Of a stretch of DNA of 64,000 nt, positions 1 to 12,158 are shown piece after piece (within the stretch, counting starts at the first letter, position 1; each line of letters starts with the position of its first letter). The DNA is from Phoronis australis (taxonomy: Eukaryota > Animalia > Phoronida). Location: assembly GCA_002633005.1 (NCBI GenBank), contig NMRA01000004.1:811846-875845 (forward strand). The letters are read 5' to 3'. The position numbers and the translations under genes were made by a program. The notes below the pieces were generated by a model. It saw only the letters and a program-made list of their open reading frames with translations, was not told the origin of the DNA and did not search any database.

Positions 1-1035
1 AACAGCTTTTTAAATGAAAAGACAACTATTTTAGGTTCAAGGAGACCATGTCCTGCTAAACCAGAGAAATGCTTTCTCCCAACAAGTTTTTGTAAAGAGA
101 AATAGATTTACTCAAGTGTCCAAGGCTGTTGAAACGTCTGTGGAAGCTTCTGAGAGTTACATGGAGACAGAAGATTTTGCCTGATGTTTTGTGTAAAGCA
201 GAGGGGTGTACATCCCAAAGGTGAAGAGAGACATCAGGATTGGTGATTTTCATAGGTGTAGAGGGAAAGATCTTTTTGCAGTCATTTCAGGCAGGATGAT
301 GAGCAACAAGTTTGTAGATGCATCGGTACAGAAGGGTGGAATTCCTCGATATGCAGGGTGTCTGGAGCATAATAGCGCCATAACAGAGCTCATTAAAGAT
401 GCTAAGCGAAATAAGACAGATTTAGCAGTGGTATGGCTGGACATGGCAAATGCCTATAGATCGATGCCCCACGCACTAACTGAATTTGCAATGGAGACCT
501 ACCATATTCCTAGAGAACTTCGGGATCTCACTACAAGTTACTTCCAAGGGACTTATATGAGGTTCACAGTCAACGTCTTCACTACGAACTGGCAGTCGCT
601 TGAGAAAGGGACAGTGACAGGGAGCACCGTATCGATCATCCTTTTTATCATGGCTATGAAGGCTATCATCAAGCGGGCTAGGAAAAAGTGCAGGGTAAAA
701 GGACTAGACCTTGCAGAACATTTGTGGATGATTTGACAATTACAACTATGACAGGGTTTGCCGTAGGTGCCAATTGGTTGGTCAAGACACTGGGCGACAT
801 AGCTAATTGGGCACGCATGAGTTTCAAGGTGGAGAAGTCTCGTAACTTGTGATTGTAAAGGGAAAAGTCAACCCACGCCAAGACTAGGCAGGATCATAGG
901 CCCTTCAATCTGGGAGCAGAAAACCAGTTAAATACTTAGGCTAGTCCCACAGCGGGTCTTTGAAAGATGTGGAACACGTAAAGGCAACCATCAAAGAGCT
1001 GAATGAAAACTTGATCAAGATTGAGAAGAGCGGTT
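1..1035 (+). mobile_element. Decayed non-LTR retrotransposon RT fragment, HERO-like (R2/NeSL group); runs off window start
   Basis: Translated pieces: CPRLLKRLWKLLRVTW..AEGVYIPK; QKGGIPRYAGCLEH; LAVVWLDMANAYRSMPH; then after a frameshift RTFVDDLTITT (RT catalytic xDD motif) and WARMSFKVEKSRNL. Multiple frameshifts and stops. Confidence 0.85.
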
Positions 1036-1115
1036 AGATTCAAAATTATCGGCGAGGATCATATATAAATTTGACGTGGGCTTCCCTTCAATTTTCAGAG
1101 AAGTTTTTATTTACT

Positions 1116-1247
1116 GGCAGCGCAAGCAAGCTCAAGCGTAGCACTTACTAGGCGAGCCTCAGCCAAGCTGCCGCAGGCAGCGCAGGCAAGATCCAGCGTA
1201 GCGCTTAGGCGGGCCTCGGCCGAGCTGCCGCAGGCAGCGCAATCTAG
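1116..1247 (+). repeat. ~58-bp tandem repeat (about 2.2 units) with GC hairpin, ending in CTAG; Helitron-like 3' terminus
   Basis: Unit ggcagcgca(a/g)gcaag..agcgtagc..ctaggcg.gcctc.gcc.agctgccgca repeats at 1116, 1176 and 1233. Hairpin gctgcc-gca-ggcagc is followed by gcaat-CTAG (1244-1247). Confidence 0.55.
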
Positions 1248-3530
1248 CAGTCGATGAAATTGCCGTGCTAGGCAAATTCAAAATTTCTTTACAAAATTTT
1301 GTGTGGACTATTTCTATATATTCGTAATCACTAAAACCCCAGATCTCACAACCATAATGAAGTATCGGCAATATTTTACAATCGAATAATTTTAAACTAA
1401 CTTTAACAGGGAGTGCATTAAAACCATTGACAATTTTTCTCATTAAATTCACTGCCTTAGTAGCCTGTAATGATAGAGTTTTCTGTGCGCAAGACCACGA
1501 ACCTTTCGTAGTAAACATTAATCCTAGATATGTGTATGCATTTACAATATTAACAGTATTCCCATCATACGTCCATTTTTCATACGATCGTAACATTCCA
1601 CCTTTTCTGAAAACAATTATCTTAGTTTTCGACATGTTAACAATCAATTTCCATTTCTGACTATACTCATATAAAATGTTCAATTTTTTCTGCAGTCCTT
1701 TCACACTATAAGAAAATAAAACCAAATCATCAGCAAACAGCAGATGTAATAATTCAGCTGATCCCATGGAAATTTTTTCACTGCCACCGGATTCTAATTC
1801 TTTTTCGAGATCGTTTATAAATAAAATAAACAAAAACGGTGATAGCTGAGAGCCTTGTTTTAGACCATTATGACAATCAACGAACTCCGTGTAGCTTCCG
1901 TTACTCAGTCTCACGCACGCTTTTACTTCAGCGTACATTGCTTTGATTATCTTACACATCTTACCTTCTATGTGATTGTTCTTTAATTTAAAATACAATG
2001 CGCTTCTATGTATACTGTCATAGGCTGCCTTAAAATCCACGAAAGCACAATAATTTTAAATCTACCTTTCTCTCGTGTCAAATATTTAATTATTAACGTT
2101 TATAAAGCAAACATGTGATCCACCGTACTGTGCCCTTTCCTAAACGCAGCTTGAGACATACTAATTACGTGTTCTCTTCCCGACCATCTTTGAAGTCGCT
2201 GGCACAATATTTTTTCGAATATTTTGGCTGTAACTTGCATGAGGGATATTCCCCTGAAATTTTCAGGAATTTTGGTACCGCCCTTAAATATCGGTACTAT
2301 AATGGATTTTGTCCATTCTTTTGGAAACACACCATTTTTAAAAAAGTAGTTGTATAGTTGGAACAGTGAATCTACCAACTTTTTATCAGCATACTTGTAG
2401 AACTCAATACTAATTTTATCACATCCTGGCGAAGTTCCGCCTTTCATACTACCGATGGTTTGTATAATTTCGTCTTTTGTGATTTCAGCATCCAACTCCA
2501 TATCAACAACTGCATTACTTGAATTGATTTCATTTTTTACTGAGTTCTCAATAAAAGCATGAAACTCAGCGAACTCTGGATTAGTAACAAAATAGTGGCC
2601 TTCGAACAGAGAGCTGAAATAATTTATCCATTATTCGTCGATACACCTTTCTTCTTAATATTAAATGCATGCCAGAATTTTTTACTGTCTTTACTCTCCA
2701 CAACTGATTTCAAAGTTTTGTAATGTTTTCTGTTACACTCTATCTGTTTCACTTTTTTTAAGTTTCCATAATCCCTTCTAGCTTGTACATATAGAGTTCG
2801 GCAAATGTTTTCTCTCAGTGTTCCAATAGTGAATCTAAAATTACTTAATTTTTGCCTAACGACAGCTCTCATTTCCCTACACTCAGTGTCAAACCATTTG
2901 GGAAAACTAACTGGGTTATAAGATATATTCACTTTTGGTTTTAACATGTCTGCAGCACATAATTTAATGGCTTCCATTAAACTTTCTACACTTGAATCTA
3001 TGGTCGAGGGTAAATGACTCTGTACGTCAGCGAGCAACTGATCCACCTCAGGGCTCGACCAGTTTTCTGCATATCTTAGGCTCAACCCTTCGTTCCATTT
3101 ATAAACATTTTCATTCTGTTCATCTCGAGCCCAGTTGTTTTGCTGCGTCTTACACATACTAAAAATCAATGGAAAGTGCGCAGTCGATTCACATATTTCA
3201 CCGATTTCAAAACCGTCCACACAGTACAATAAATCCTTGCTCATCATGACATAATCAACAACACTAGATCCATTATAAGTTACACATGTTACACTACCAA
3301 TGTCTGCATCTTTCGCTACTCTTCCATTCAGAATTCTTATCTCATTTCTTTGACAAAAATCTAATAATTCTGTACCAAACTCATTTACCTCATCATTATC
3401 CTGTGAGGTCCTACAACACAGGCGATCTTCTACATAACCAACACAATCAAAAATAGCACTGGATTCATCCATATACTTAGTATACAGCTTTGAACCAAGA
3501 CTACAAAATCCGTGCAATTGCGACAACGTA
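1248..3530 (-). mobile_element. Decayed non-LTR retrotransposon (APE endonuclease tail + RT), RTE-X-like, truncated at both ends
   Basis: ORFs 2624-3526 (RILNGR..IGSVTCVTYNGSSVVDY..HFPL), 2100-2501 (SPGCDKI..W..SIIVPIFKGG...NFRGISL..QAAFRKG.ST.DH) and 1159-2040 (DFKAAYDSI, GLKQGSQLSPFLF, LFADDLVL, YLG, YGCEIWG). Broken by a stop and a frameshift. Confidence 0.9.
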
Positions 3531-4624
3531 ACTGCAACAACGCTACAACAGGCATATTTGCTGGAGCTGTCATCAACTTTTTGACATCTTCGTGAAAACA
3601 GGCAACGTGTAGGCTACGCGCTCCGGTCAATGAACTAGTTTCATGAATGAGTGCAGCTACCCGATGAGGATTTTACCATGTTATAAATATTCTAGTTATT
3701 TATTTATTTTCGAAATATGATAAAAGTTAAATGCACAATAACTGTCGTTTTCACACTTTTTATCAATTTCAAGTAATAAACCGTTACATTTAAAAGTGTT
3801 TTCTTTTACTATAGTAAATTAGCGACATAACGCGCACGTACATACACAACAGGTTGGGATTCGCCACGTAAAGAGTCATGGTGAAGTATTCCTAAAATGC
3901 CGAAAGAAAACAAAAGAAACTCACGAATTCGATACGCTTGGGATAAATACAAAACGGACCTCTCGACACGTTTTGTGTATTTATTCGCAATATCTGAAAT
4001 TTGGCTCGGGGTTACGGTCATGTTATGAGTGTGTTCCGCCGGCTATCTGCGAACACTGGCCGGGTTCATACAATCATGTCAATCAAGTCCATAGCACTGA
4101 CGAAAACGAGTCAAAATAAGGTCATTCAAGAGTCAAAATGCATTGCATGTACATGTACATACTTACCTTTTAGAGGCTCTTACATCTAGTAACTGTGAGC
4201 GTTGTTATAATCCTTGGTACTGTAACTCTTCTTGGCCCTGTCGAGCAAAACTCGTATGTTATTATTTTGACAAAAGAGATTGCCAGTAATCGTCAAAGCG
4301 AATGACTTGAAAACTATCGGAGAAAATGCATGCTAATTACCGAAAATACGTAGCATTTTGGAGCTACGCCGTAGCACTACAGAAACGGCAAAAAGCGCAT
4401 AGCAAAAATACGCAATGCCCGTATTGGTTGACATGTAGGTAATATAACCCAGATATTATATAAAACAACAGATTGGCAACATTCCGCAGTCGGCAAGTGT
4501 GCTTTGTTGTTTAGTTTGTCTTCGGAGGTCATAATCATGGTCACCATTCAAGTACTAAGCGGGTTAGGCTGGTGTTGCTTCGTCAAAATCCCTATCTTAG
4601 AAATGTTAATTTGAATGGTTACAG

Positions 4625-4718
4625 TTATTCCGAATTTCGACTTGTTGCGTGTCTGCCACGGCGCCGGCTCGACCATCGGCGATCACTGGACACGAAATTC
4701 TCTTCAGTACAGTAACAG
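4625..4718 (+). CDS. Candidate upstream coding exon of the DNase I-like gene
   Basis: ttacag|...acag|gttt boundaries; open frame LFRISTCCVSATAPARPSAITGHEILFSTVT-G ends in phase 1, matching the phase-1 start of exon 5925. No homology support. Confidence 0.3.
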
Positions 4719-5924
4719 GTTTATCATGATCCGTCGATGTTTTAGTAAAACATTCGCTTTGCTTTGAGGGAAAACCTGTTATTCGTTAAGGACTTTTACT
4801 ATTATTTCTAACCCCATTGTGCAGTTTTTTTCGACGCTGATGTCAACTCTATGAGACTGGCGTCGGATTTGCGTTGACTTCTGAAACATCGGGCGGTTTA
4901 CATGTCAGGTGTTCTCGACGTAAATCTTAAAATCATTCCATTGGAACCTTTTCTGAAGGTTTTTGTCTTTTGTCTTTGACATAGCGGGATTCATAGGGAA
5001 GAAAACGTTCGTCAATATCTGTGGGAAAATAAGTTAGCACACCGGTCTTGCTTGGCGAAGCCATTTTCTGCTGTCGGTCTTCCGCATCGCTGACGTGACA
5101 CTGGAACAGTACATGTGTCTAAATGGTATAACTTTAGTACAAATGAGTTTAAAGTAAAGGGAATATTTACCAGAAGCATTCGTATAAGCTACCGGTACTA
5201 CCGACAAAGCCCGGCCGCCTGGCTTGCGCGGACGTCTGTGCCCCGCGGCCTAAAGTCCCTCGTGTTACGAAGAGTTTAAAAAAACTGCTTCATGCTCCTA
5301 ACACCAATATTTTTCCATCATCAACATTCAGCACATTGACTACAATTCACTACACTACCCCCGTGCGTTCTTAATCGCAGAATTTTTATATTTAGACAAC
5401 AGAGCTATATGTTGTAAGTTTTGTCAGGTTTTGAAGTATACTTATATTTTCCCTAATAATTGAAAGTCAAAGTCAATTGAGCAAGTGATTATTTTCCTCG
5501 CTAAGTGTAGGCCTAATTACTTCGCCCGTTACTATGTCCGAGCAGCTCAATCAAGTACAGGTGTACGTTATTACAATTGAGGTGTGGAGCTCCCTGTTTC
5601 GCGATAAAGCTTGTTTTTGCTTATTTAAACATCGCCGTGTGTGGATATTTTTCTTTTCTATTTTACATTTTTAACGGCCAGTAATACCGATGCCGATTTG
5701 CTGCGAAATACACAGAAATGCCCTCACAAGTCCCGGTAGTCACACGGCAATGGGGCTATTCGGAGAATTCTCCTCGCGGTGTCGCTGCTGTACTAGTGGT
5801 GATTGAATTGCGCATGCGTCGCTGTCTGCATGTAAACAACTGGTAAAAGATGGAATTTTTATCAAAATACGTCGTCGCGCTAAGCTTTATTACTGCTAAT
5901 TTCCCTGGTGCAAGTCTTCGACAG

Positions 5925-6085
5925 GTGGCCACAAATTCCCAAAAAGACCTAAGGTTACTATATTCGTGGACAATTGCGGTCAACAGGGTCAACTAACTGA
6001 CAAAAAGAGTGTGGATGCTGAAGCCCCGTGTGTGCTCTATGGCTATGCAGTTCCATTCGGTTCGGAGACTACACAACATTACTTG
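5925..6085 (+). CDS. DNase I-like gene, N-terminal extension exon
   Basis: cgacag|GT...TTG|gtaagt (strong donor); open frame GHKFPKRPKVTIFVDNCGQQG...CVLYGYAVPFGSETTQHYL; phase-0 end matches exon 8038. Confidence 0.5.
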
Positions 6086-6439
6086 GTAAGTTTTTAGCAA
6101 TCAGTTTCTATCAACATCGTTCGGTGATGTTATCCCCACCAGTTACCCCACTGAATAACAGTTTTATTGAGTGGAACTAAGTGTTTCTTTTTGGAAACTC
6201 ACCCGATGCCGGGTAGGCTAGCAGCACATATTCATATTGTCCTGGGTGGGAGTGCTCCCAAAATAAGAGGTGTATGGTACGTGATGCACAGAAGTCAAGA
6301 GTGACTTTTTCACAGCAGTTTCTCTTCAAAACTATGCTGTTTCCAATAAAATTCTCTAGATGAGTGAGTTTCCTTATTTTATCGTGGACCCCACCCCCAG
6401 GACCACCAGCTCAGTTATCGAATTAACATGAATAAGCCT

Positions 6440-7098
6440 NNNNNNNNNNNNNNNNNNNNNNNNNNNNNNNNNNNNNNNNNNNNNNNNNNNNNNNNNNNNN
6501 NNNNNNNNNNNNNNNNNNNNNNNNNNNNNNNNNNNNNNNNNNNNNNNNNNNNNNNNNNNNNNNNNNNNNNNNNNNNNNNNNNNNNNNNNNNNNNNNNNNN
6601 NNNNNNNNNNNNNNNNNNNNNNNNNNNNNNNNNNNNNNNNNNNNNNNNNNNNNNNNNNNNNNNNNNNNNNNNNNNNNNNNNNNNNNNNNNNNNNNNNNNN
6701 NNNNNNNNNNNNNNNNNNNNNNNNNNNNNNNNNNNNNNNNNNNNNNNNNNNNNNNNNNNNNNNNNNNNNNNNNNNNNNNNNNNNNNNNNNNNNNNNNNNN
6801 NNNNNNNNNNNNNNNNNNNNNNNNNNNNNNNNNNNNNNNNNNNNNNNNNNNNNNNNNNNNNNNNNNNNNNNNNNNNNNNNNNNNNNNNNNNNNNNNNNNN
6901 NNNNNNNNNNNNNNNNNNNNNNNNNNNNNNNNNNNNNNNNNNNNNNNNNNNNNNNNNNNNNNNNNNNNNNNNNNNNNNNNNNNNNNNNNNNNNNNNNNNN
7001 NNNNNNNNNNNNNNNNNNNNNNNNNNNNNNNNNNNNNNNNNNNNNNNNNNNNNNNNNNNNNNNNNNNNNNNNNNNNNNNNNNNNNNNNNNNNNNNNNN
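6440..7098. other. Assembly gap (N run)
   Basis: Continuous Ns. Confidence 1.
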
Positions 7099-8037
7099 TT
7101 CGTGAAGGTTAAGAATTACCTCACCATGCTCTTTTCCCCAAACATGTATTACCTGTTATTTCCACACATTCAGTTGTACCAAATATTACAACCCCCCCTG
7201 CCAATCCGCCCTCGGGACCTGAATAAGTAATTTAACAAAATGACTTTAAAAATAGCTGTTCCTTTTCAAAGGCTTTGTTCGTAGTCTCCAATATTGAAAG
7301 TAGGCTTTGACAACAGATCTGCACTGGATGGGAAGATCTTGTTGGTTAGCTGCAGTCAAATGCTAAAAACCATTTTTTGTCCATTCAGGGACTGTGTAGA
7401 AGCGCTGCATATCTCCTCTGCACTGTACAAGCCTTCACACCTAAAAACCAAAAGTTACGTGAAAACTGACGTGATAGATTTCCATTTCAACGTGTAATAG
7501 ATTTCCAGAAGACATATGATAGGGAGTAAACAAATAGTCTATTGCAATGGATATTTATCACTCACGTTCCCTTTGCCATTGGGATTGGATTGTAATCTTA
7601 ACTAAAAGTTAACCTGTATCGAGTTGACAGCATAAATATTCAGCATTGATTGATGTAACTGTCACTGATAAACTTTTAGAAATCATTCCAAACAATAATA
7701 ATGCTTTGATGTACGAAAAGATCCCGATTGCTACGTCCAGTATCGTATCACATATCACAACATACAAAGATTAACCAGACTCTGGCTGGCGACTGACTGC
7801 CGCGAAGTCGACATCGGCGAGTGCCTCAGTTAACAGGCATGAGGTCGTGCTTACTTCCCCTCATAGAAGCACCCTTTTTACGCAATCTCAGATTCAGTTG
7901 GCACGGCTGCAAGCCATTTCACCATGTATTTAAAGGGCTCGCGAAATCGAGGCTGTTAATCTATCACCACTAGTACATGTACACGCACGCCCTCTAGTTG
8001 TTGTAGATTTTCCGAATAGCCCCATTGCTCACTCTAG

Positions 8038-8269
8038 GCTGGTACTTTGCATCAGTTTCCCGATATGGCGATAAAGATAAGACATTTTCTGATCTGTACA
8101 GTTTTATCCTCTGCATTATTACCTAAACGGAATTTGTTGCTGAATTTGACCAACCCTCGCGATGACTCAGGGTTGACCTCTGTAGCCGAGTGTTGGCTGA
8201 GAGAGATGCGACGTACTTCACAATCGTATGATTATGCATTAAATATTATTCGTCATATGCAAAGACCAG
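8038..8269 (+). CDS. DNase I-like gene, N-terminal extension exon
   Basis: ctctag|GCT...CCA G|gtaaaa; open frame AGTLHQFPDM...DDSGLTSVAECWLRE...HMQRP; phase-1 end matches acceptor at 9677. Confidence 0.5.
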
Positions 8270-9499
8270 GTAAAATTTGGATAATACTGTATGTAATCAA
8301 TTTTGAACAAAAAAGGACTAACATGAAAATCAAATACAACCAAACAAAATACCAATGCATTTACGCTAACAGTGATATCAATACGTTTTCAAGGACATTA
8401 CCCTCACTCTGGAATCGTTCCTGAGCTGATGCACAGGAAGTCAGTTGGATCGTAGCAGTCTGCTGTATTTCATCCATATTTATGAACTTCTCTGAACTCT
8501 TCCACAAGAAATATTTTGTCATCTATTTTATCAATATTTATAACGTATTCATTTTTCAATTATTTGTATGCTTGAATACACGCGGAGCCCGTAATTCAAC
8601 GCGCTACCCTCAGAGGACGGGGTTGGTTTTCCACATCCTACGAAGAAACTGTTTCGCAATAGACATTGAAAAGACGTGTTATTCATACATCCTGGACACA
8701 ACGTTGTTCAATTGATTTTTTTAAAGCAGTCGACGTCAGTCAGGGTTTTTAAATCTGATTATACAGTGTATTTGATTATTTTTCGACAAAGTTGAAGAGA
8801 CGTGAGATTAAAGCACACTGATACGAGAGCGTGACTTCACGTCATAAAAAACGTGAATGAAGGTAAATACGTGGGAGTCAACACATCTATATACACATGT
8901 ATGGGTCATGGGTGACTTCAGTGGCAGTTAAGCCTCTGGGCCCGGCTGCACAAAACAAGACCAAGACATGATTAAGATTGCGGCTTTGATCCCGTTTTCT
9001 GCAACCTGAGCCAAATGCTTGGCGTTTTTGTTTCAAAATAAAAAACCTAGAGGTGCTTGAATGACTTAAAAAGATGAATTCCGGTTTTATGCAACTGGCC
9101 AATGCCTGATGGTACGTTTCTGCATACATTTGTGTTACAATAACAAATAGGGGTCTTAAGATTTCATAATTTGTTCATTCTCCAGCTGTTGAATTTTTGC
9201 TGGTATGTAATTAGACTTTTGCTTTATAGACTAGACCTAAGAGGCAAGTCAAGAAGGTCGAACCATATAACCCGTTTGCGCTATGAGCCACTTTGTATAT
9301 TTTTATGATTCGTTTTCACATCCCAGCAAAAAATCACCCAAACCCTTCGTATTTGTGCTTTCTCAGGCTAAAATTAGTTTCTTTACTGCACTACACATTG
9401 GTCAACGTGGGTGCATTTCGATTGCGCGTGTTCCTAGGCAATCTTCCTAGGGCATACATGTAGTTAAATCAACGCCACAGCACAGAGTCCACGCATTTT

Positions 9500-9625
9500 G
9501 ACAGGATCCAGCGATAGTATGTGGATAACATATAAACAACTGGATTTGGAAAACAATAAAATGAAATATTTGGCTGTTTCAACCGAGAATTATTGCAGAT
9601 TATAGCATTGCAATACTGAGCATGA
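9500..9625 (-). mobile_element. THAP zinc-finger remnant (transposase-derived) in DNase intron
   Basis: QYCNAIICNNSRLKQPNISFYCFP...RW matches the THAP start (C-x4-C-N...SF.RFP...W); ATG is frameshifted and the domain is truncated. Confidence 0.55.
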
Positions 9626-9676
9626 GCATTGATATTAGTGCAGACGACATGACTGTTCGATCGCAATTGTTCTCAG

Positions 9677-9785
9677 GTGGCGCGCAGAACGAATGTACAT
9701 GTAGGACAATGGCGCCCGCTACAGGATAAGTCCTGACGCATCTTGGAGTATTTAATATTCAGGTGTATGGTATATCTAAGAAGTA
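9677..9785 (+). pseudogene. Damaged DNase I exon carrying the first core motif
   Basis: ttctcag|GT GGC...; reads GAQNECTCRTMAPATG*VLTHLGVFNIQVYGISKK. TAA at 9727-9729; homology ends ~9785 without a usable donor, about 35 bp before the next acceptor. Confidence 0.7.
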
Positions 9786-9818
9786 CCCCGAGATATAATG
9801 ATCTTTATTTTACTTCAG

Positions 9819-9899
9819 CACGTCTCACCCGTTCGAGTTTGTGGCCAGTAGCCGACTTGGTAGGACCCAATCTAAGGAGCAGTATGCCATATATTATCG
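9819..9899 (+). CDS. DNase I-like exon
   Basis: ttcag|...|gtaaga; TSHPFEFVASSRLGRTQSKEQYAIYYR. Confidence 0.9.
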
Positions 9900-10639
9900 G
9901 TAAGAAGTGAACAAAATTCACTCCTTGGAGCAGTTGTTCGAGTGGGAGTCATTCGATGGTTACATGTACATGTTGCAATAGCCCTTCACGCAGGATTGTG
10001 CCACCATTGTATTGTTAAAGTGACTTTATTGGAGTGGAATACGATTTTCTGAAATCAGCGCATATTTCAATCGCTCTGTTATATATTTAACGTAGTGAAC
10101 TGGTAGTCACTGACAGTCCTAATGATTTCAATAGATTCCCAGCAGACAGTGGTTGGAATTGACGATTTCTATGACAGGCATATGTTAACGCATCGGATTA
10201 TAGTTTATAGTTCTGGTAATAATATGTTCATGAAATCAAAGCATTCCAACAATAATCACAAAAATGGGTTTTCGACAGTAAAAGACGATGTCCCTTTAAT
10301 CAATGTTATGCATCAAACCTGGTTTTACGTATCTTTAGTGTAAGATTTTTTGGTTGTTGTAGCTGATTTCGTTTTCCTGGCAACGTTTTTTTTTTAATTT
10401 TTATTTTTGATCCTGTCCCAGGGTAGGGAGGGGGTAAACTCCGTTAACCCCCCGTAAATCCGCCTCTGCTCTCTGAGGCATTTTAAAAGCTTCTATGAAA
10501 CAGTTCGTAATGAGACATAAACAATTTTCTAATAAGATTTGTCTTCGAGTTTATGTGTAAGATGAGTCTTTTACTTACTACAGAATGTCTTAATTGCTAC
10601 TTTCAAATAACCCGTGCTTTCGTTTCATTTGTTTTTCAG

Positions 10640-10859
10640 GCGCGATAGATTTGAGCTGTTAGACACATATCAGTACCCAGATCCGCATGACGTCTTCGAA
10701 AGGCCGCCGTTTCTCGCTCGCTTCAAGGCTCTCACAATCAACTCCCTGAGCAATTTTGGTTTTCTTGCCTTCCATGCTTCACCATCTGATGCAGTTAATG
10801 AAACAAGCCACCTAGTGGACGTTTATGACGATATTCAGCGACATTATGGCTCCCTCGAG
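10640..10859 (+). CDS. DNase I-like exon (His134-equivalent)
   Basis: ttttcag|...|gtgtgt; RDRFELLDTYQYPDPHDVFERPPFLARF...FLAFHASPSDAVNETSHLVDVYDDIQRHYGSLE. Confidence 0.92.
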
Positions 10860-11200
10860 GTGTGTTTCGTTTTTTTCTGTAAAAAATCGAGTCAATCTTA
10901 AGATTCCTTTAAACACGCCAGCGCAGGTGTCACTCAAATTACCCCCTCCCGCGCTGCTTTATCAACTCCTTTACAAGATCCGGCTTTTCAAATCACAAGC
11001 TGCACTTATCATTTGATGAAAAATGAATATGTTCCTCAAGTAAACCATGATTGCGATTTAAATGTTGTTGAACTAGAGATAAAATGCATTTTATTTTTTG
11101 TATGCCCTTTTGTCACAAACCAACTGAAATAATCATAGTTTTTGGATACATAAGTTTTTCTGAACCCTTTGTCAAACACCGACCAAGCCACTCTACGAAA

Positions 11201-11295
11201 TTTCGGATAACAATGTCTTGTAAACATTGACTGTATAGTCTTTACAATTTCGGATAACAATGTCTTGTAAACATTGACTGTATAGTCTTTACAAT
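11201..11295. repeat. 47-bp tandem duplication
   Basis: tttcggataacaatgtcttgtaaacattgactgtatagtctttacaa occurs twice back to back, just upstream of the 11317 acceptor. Confidence 0.9.
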
Positions 11296-11316
11296 TTTTT
11301 TCTACAAAATTCACAG

Positions 11317-11471
11317 AATGTGCTCATTGCTGGAGACTTAAATGCCGACTGCAATTACGTAGATGGTAATGACTGGCCTAGAGTGAAACTGCGAAACGAC
11401 CCTAGATTTATTTGGCTGACTTCAGATGTGGTGGATACAACGGTGTCGTCAACCGATTGTACTTATGACAG
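11317..11471 (+). CDS. DNase I-like exon (GDxNAxC and CxYDR motifs)
   Basis: cacag|...|gtttgg; NVLIAGDLNADCNYVDGNDWPRVKLRNDPRFIWLTSDVVDTTVSSTDCTYDR. Confidence 0.93.
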
Positions 11472-11660
11472 GTTTGGTTTGTTCTTGTTCTAGCACTTCT
11501 TAGCCTACGCACGCCTTGAAAGATAGGCTGAATGACTCTTAGTATGATAATTTTGGTCACGTACATGTATAGGGAGAGTTAAAAACATTTCGGTTACGTA
11601 TTAAAATTACAAACTGCTGGACGCCATTTTGTATAGCTGCTGCAAGAAAACACGTTATCC

Positions 11661-11820
11661 AAGAGGCGGATCCAGGATTTTGAGTTAGGGGGGCCCGGGC
11701 AGAGTATTAGCCAGGATTTTGTCAGTCAGACATTTGCACCCCGTACTGCCAAATGGAATCCAGGAGAATTTTAGGGGGAGGGGACATGGCCCCCTTGGCC
11801 TCCCCTTAAATCCGCCACTG
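11661..11820. mobile_element. ~160-bp MITE (hAT-like CAGTGGCGGAT termini); related copies at 54022-54165 (inverted) and 61590-61675 (partial)
   Basis: Ends agaggcggatccagg / aaatccgccactg; internal sequence shared with the other copies. Confidence 0.7.
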
Positions 11821-12061
11821 GTGTCATCGCACAATTCTTGGTATGCAAATATCAGAAACAACTTCTTATCGGAGTAAAGAACATGAAGATGCTTGCTACC
11901 CGTTTTATTGCAGCAAGTGAGCTAAATCAAAAGTTTAAAAAATAATGTTATTTTTCACGGACCACGAGGTCATAATAGTTGATTGAAGGTGTTGTGGTTT
12001 GATTTCTGTGGCATTTAGTGACAAAAATGTAATATAAGAGCAATTTTATATATTTTTTCAG

Positions 12062-12158
12062 ATTTATAGCTGCTGGTAGCAATTTACAACTCGCCTATAT
12101 TCCCGACTCCAGTGGTGTAATAAGATTCGATCGGATCTTCAACCTCAATGAAACTGCG
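12062..12158 (+). CDS. DNase I-like exon
   Basis: ttttcag|...|gtacgt; (R)FIAAGSNLQLAYIPDSSGVIRFDRIFNLNETA. Confidence 0.88.

Noticed and set aside
1116-1247. Possible CRISPR-like repeat
   Set aside because: Contiguous tandem units without unique spacers, eukaryotic context, no cas genes.
6428-7105. 225-aa ORF
   Set aside because: Artefact of the N gap.
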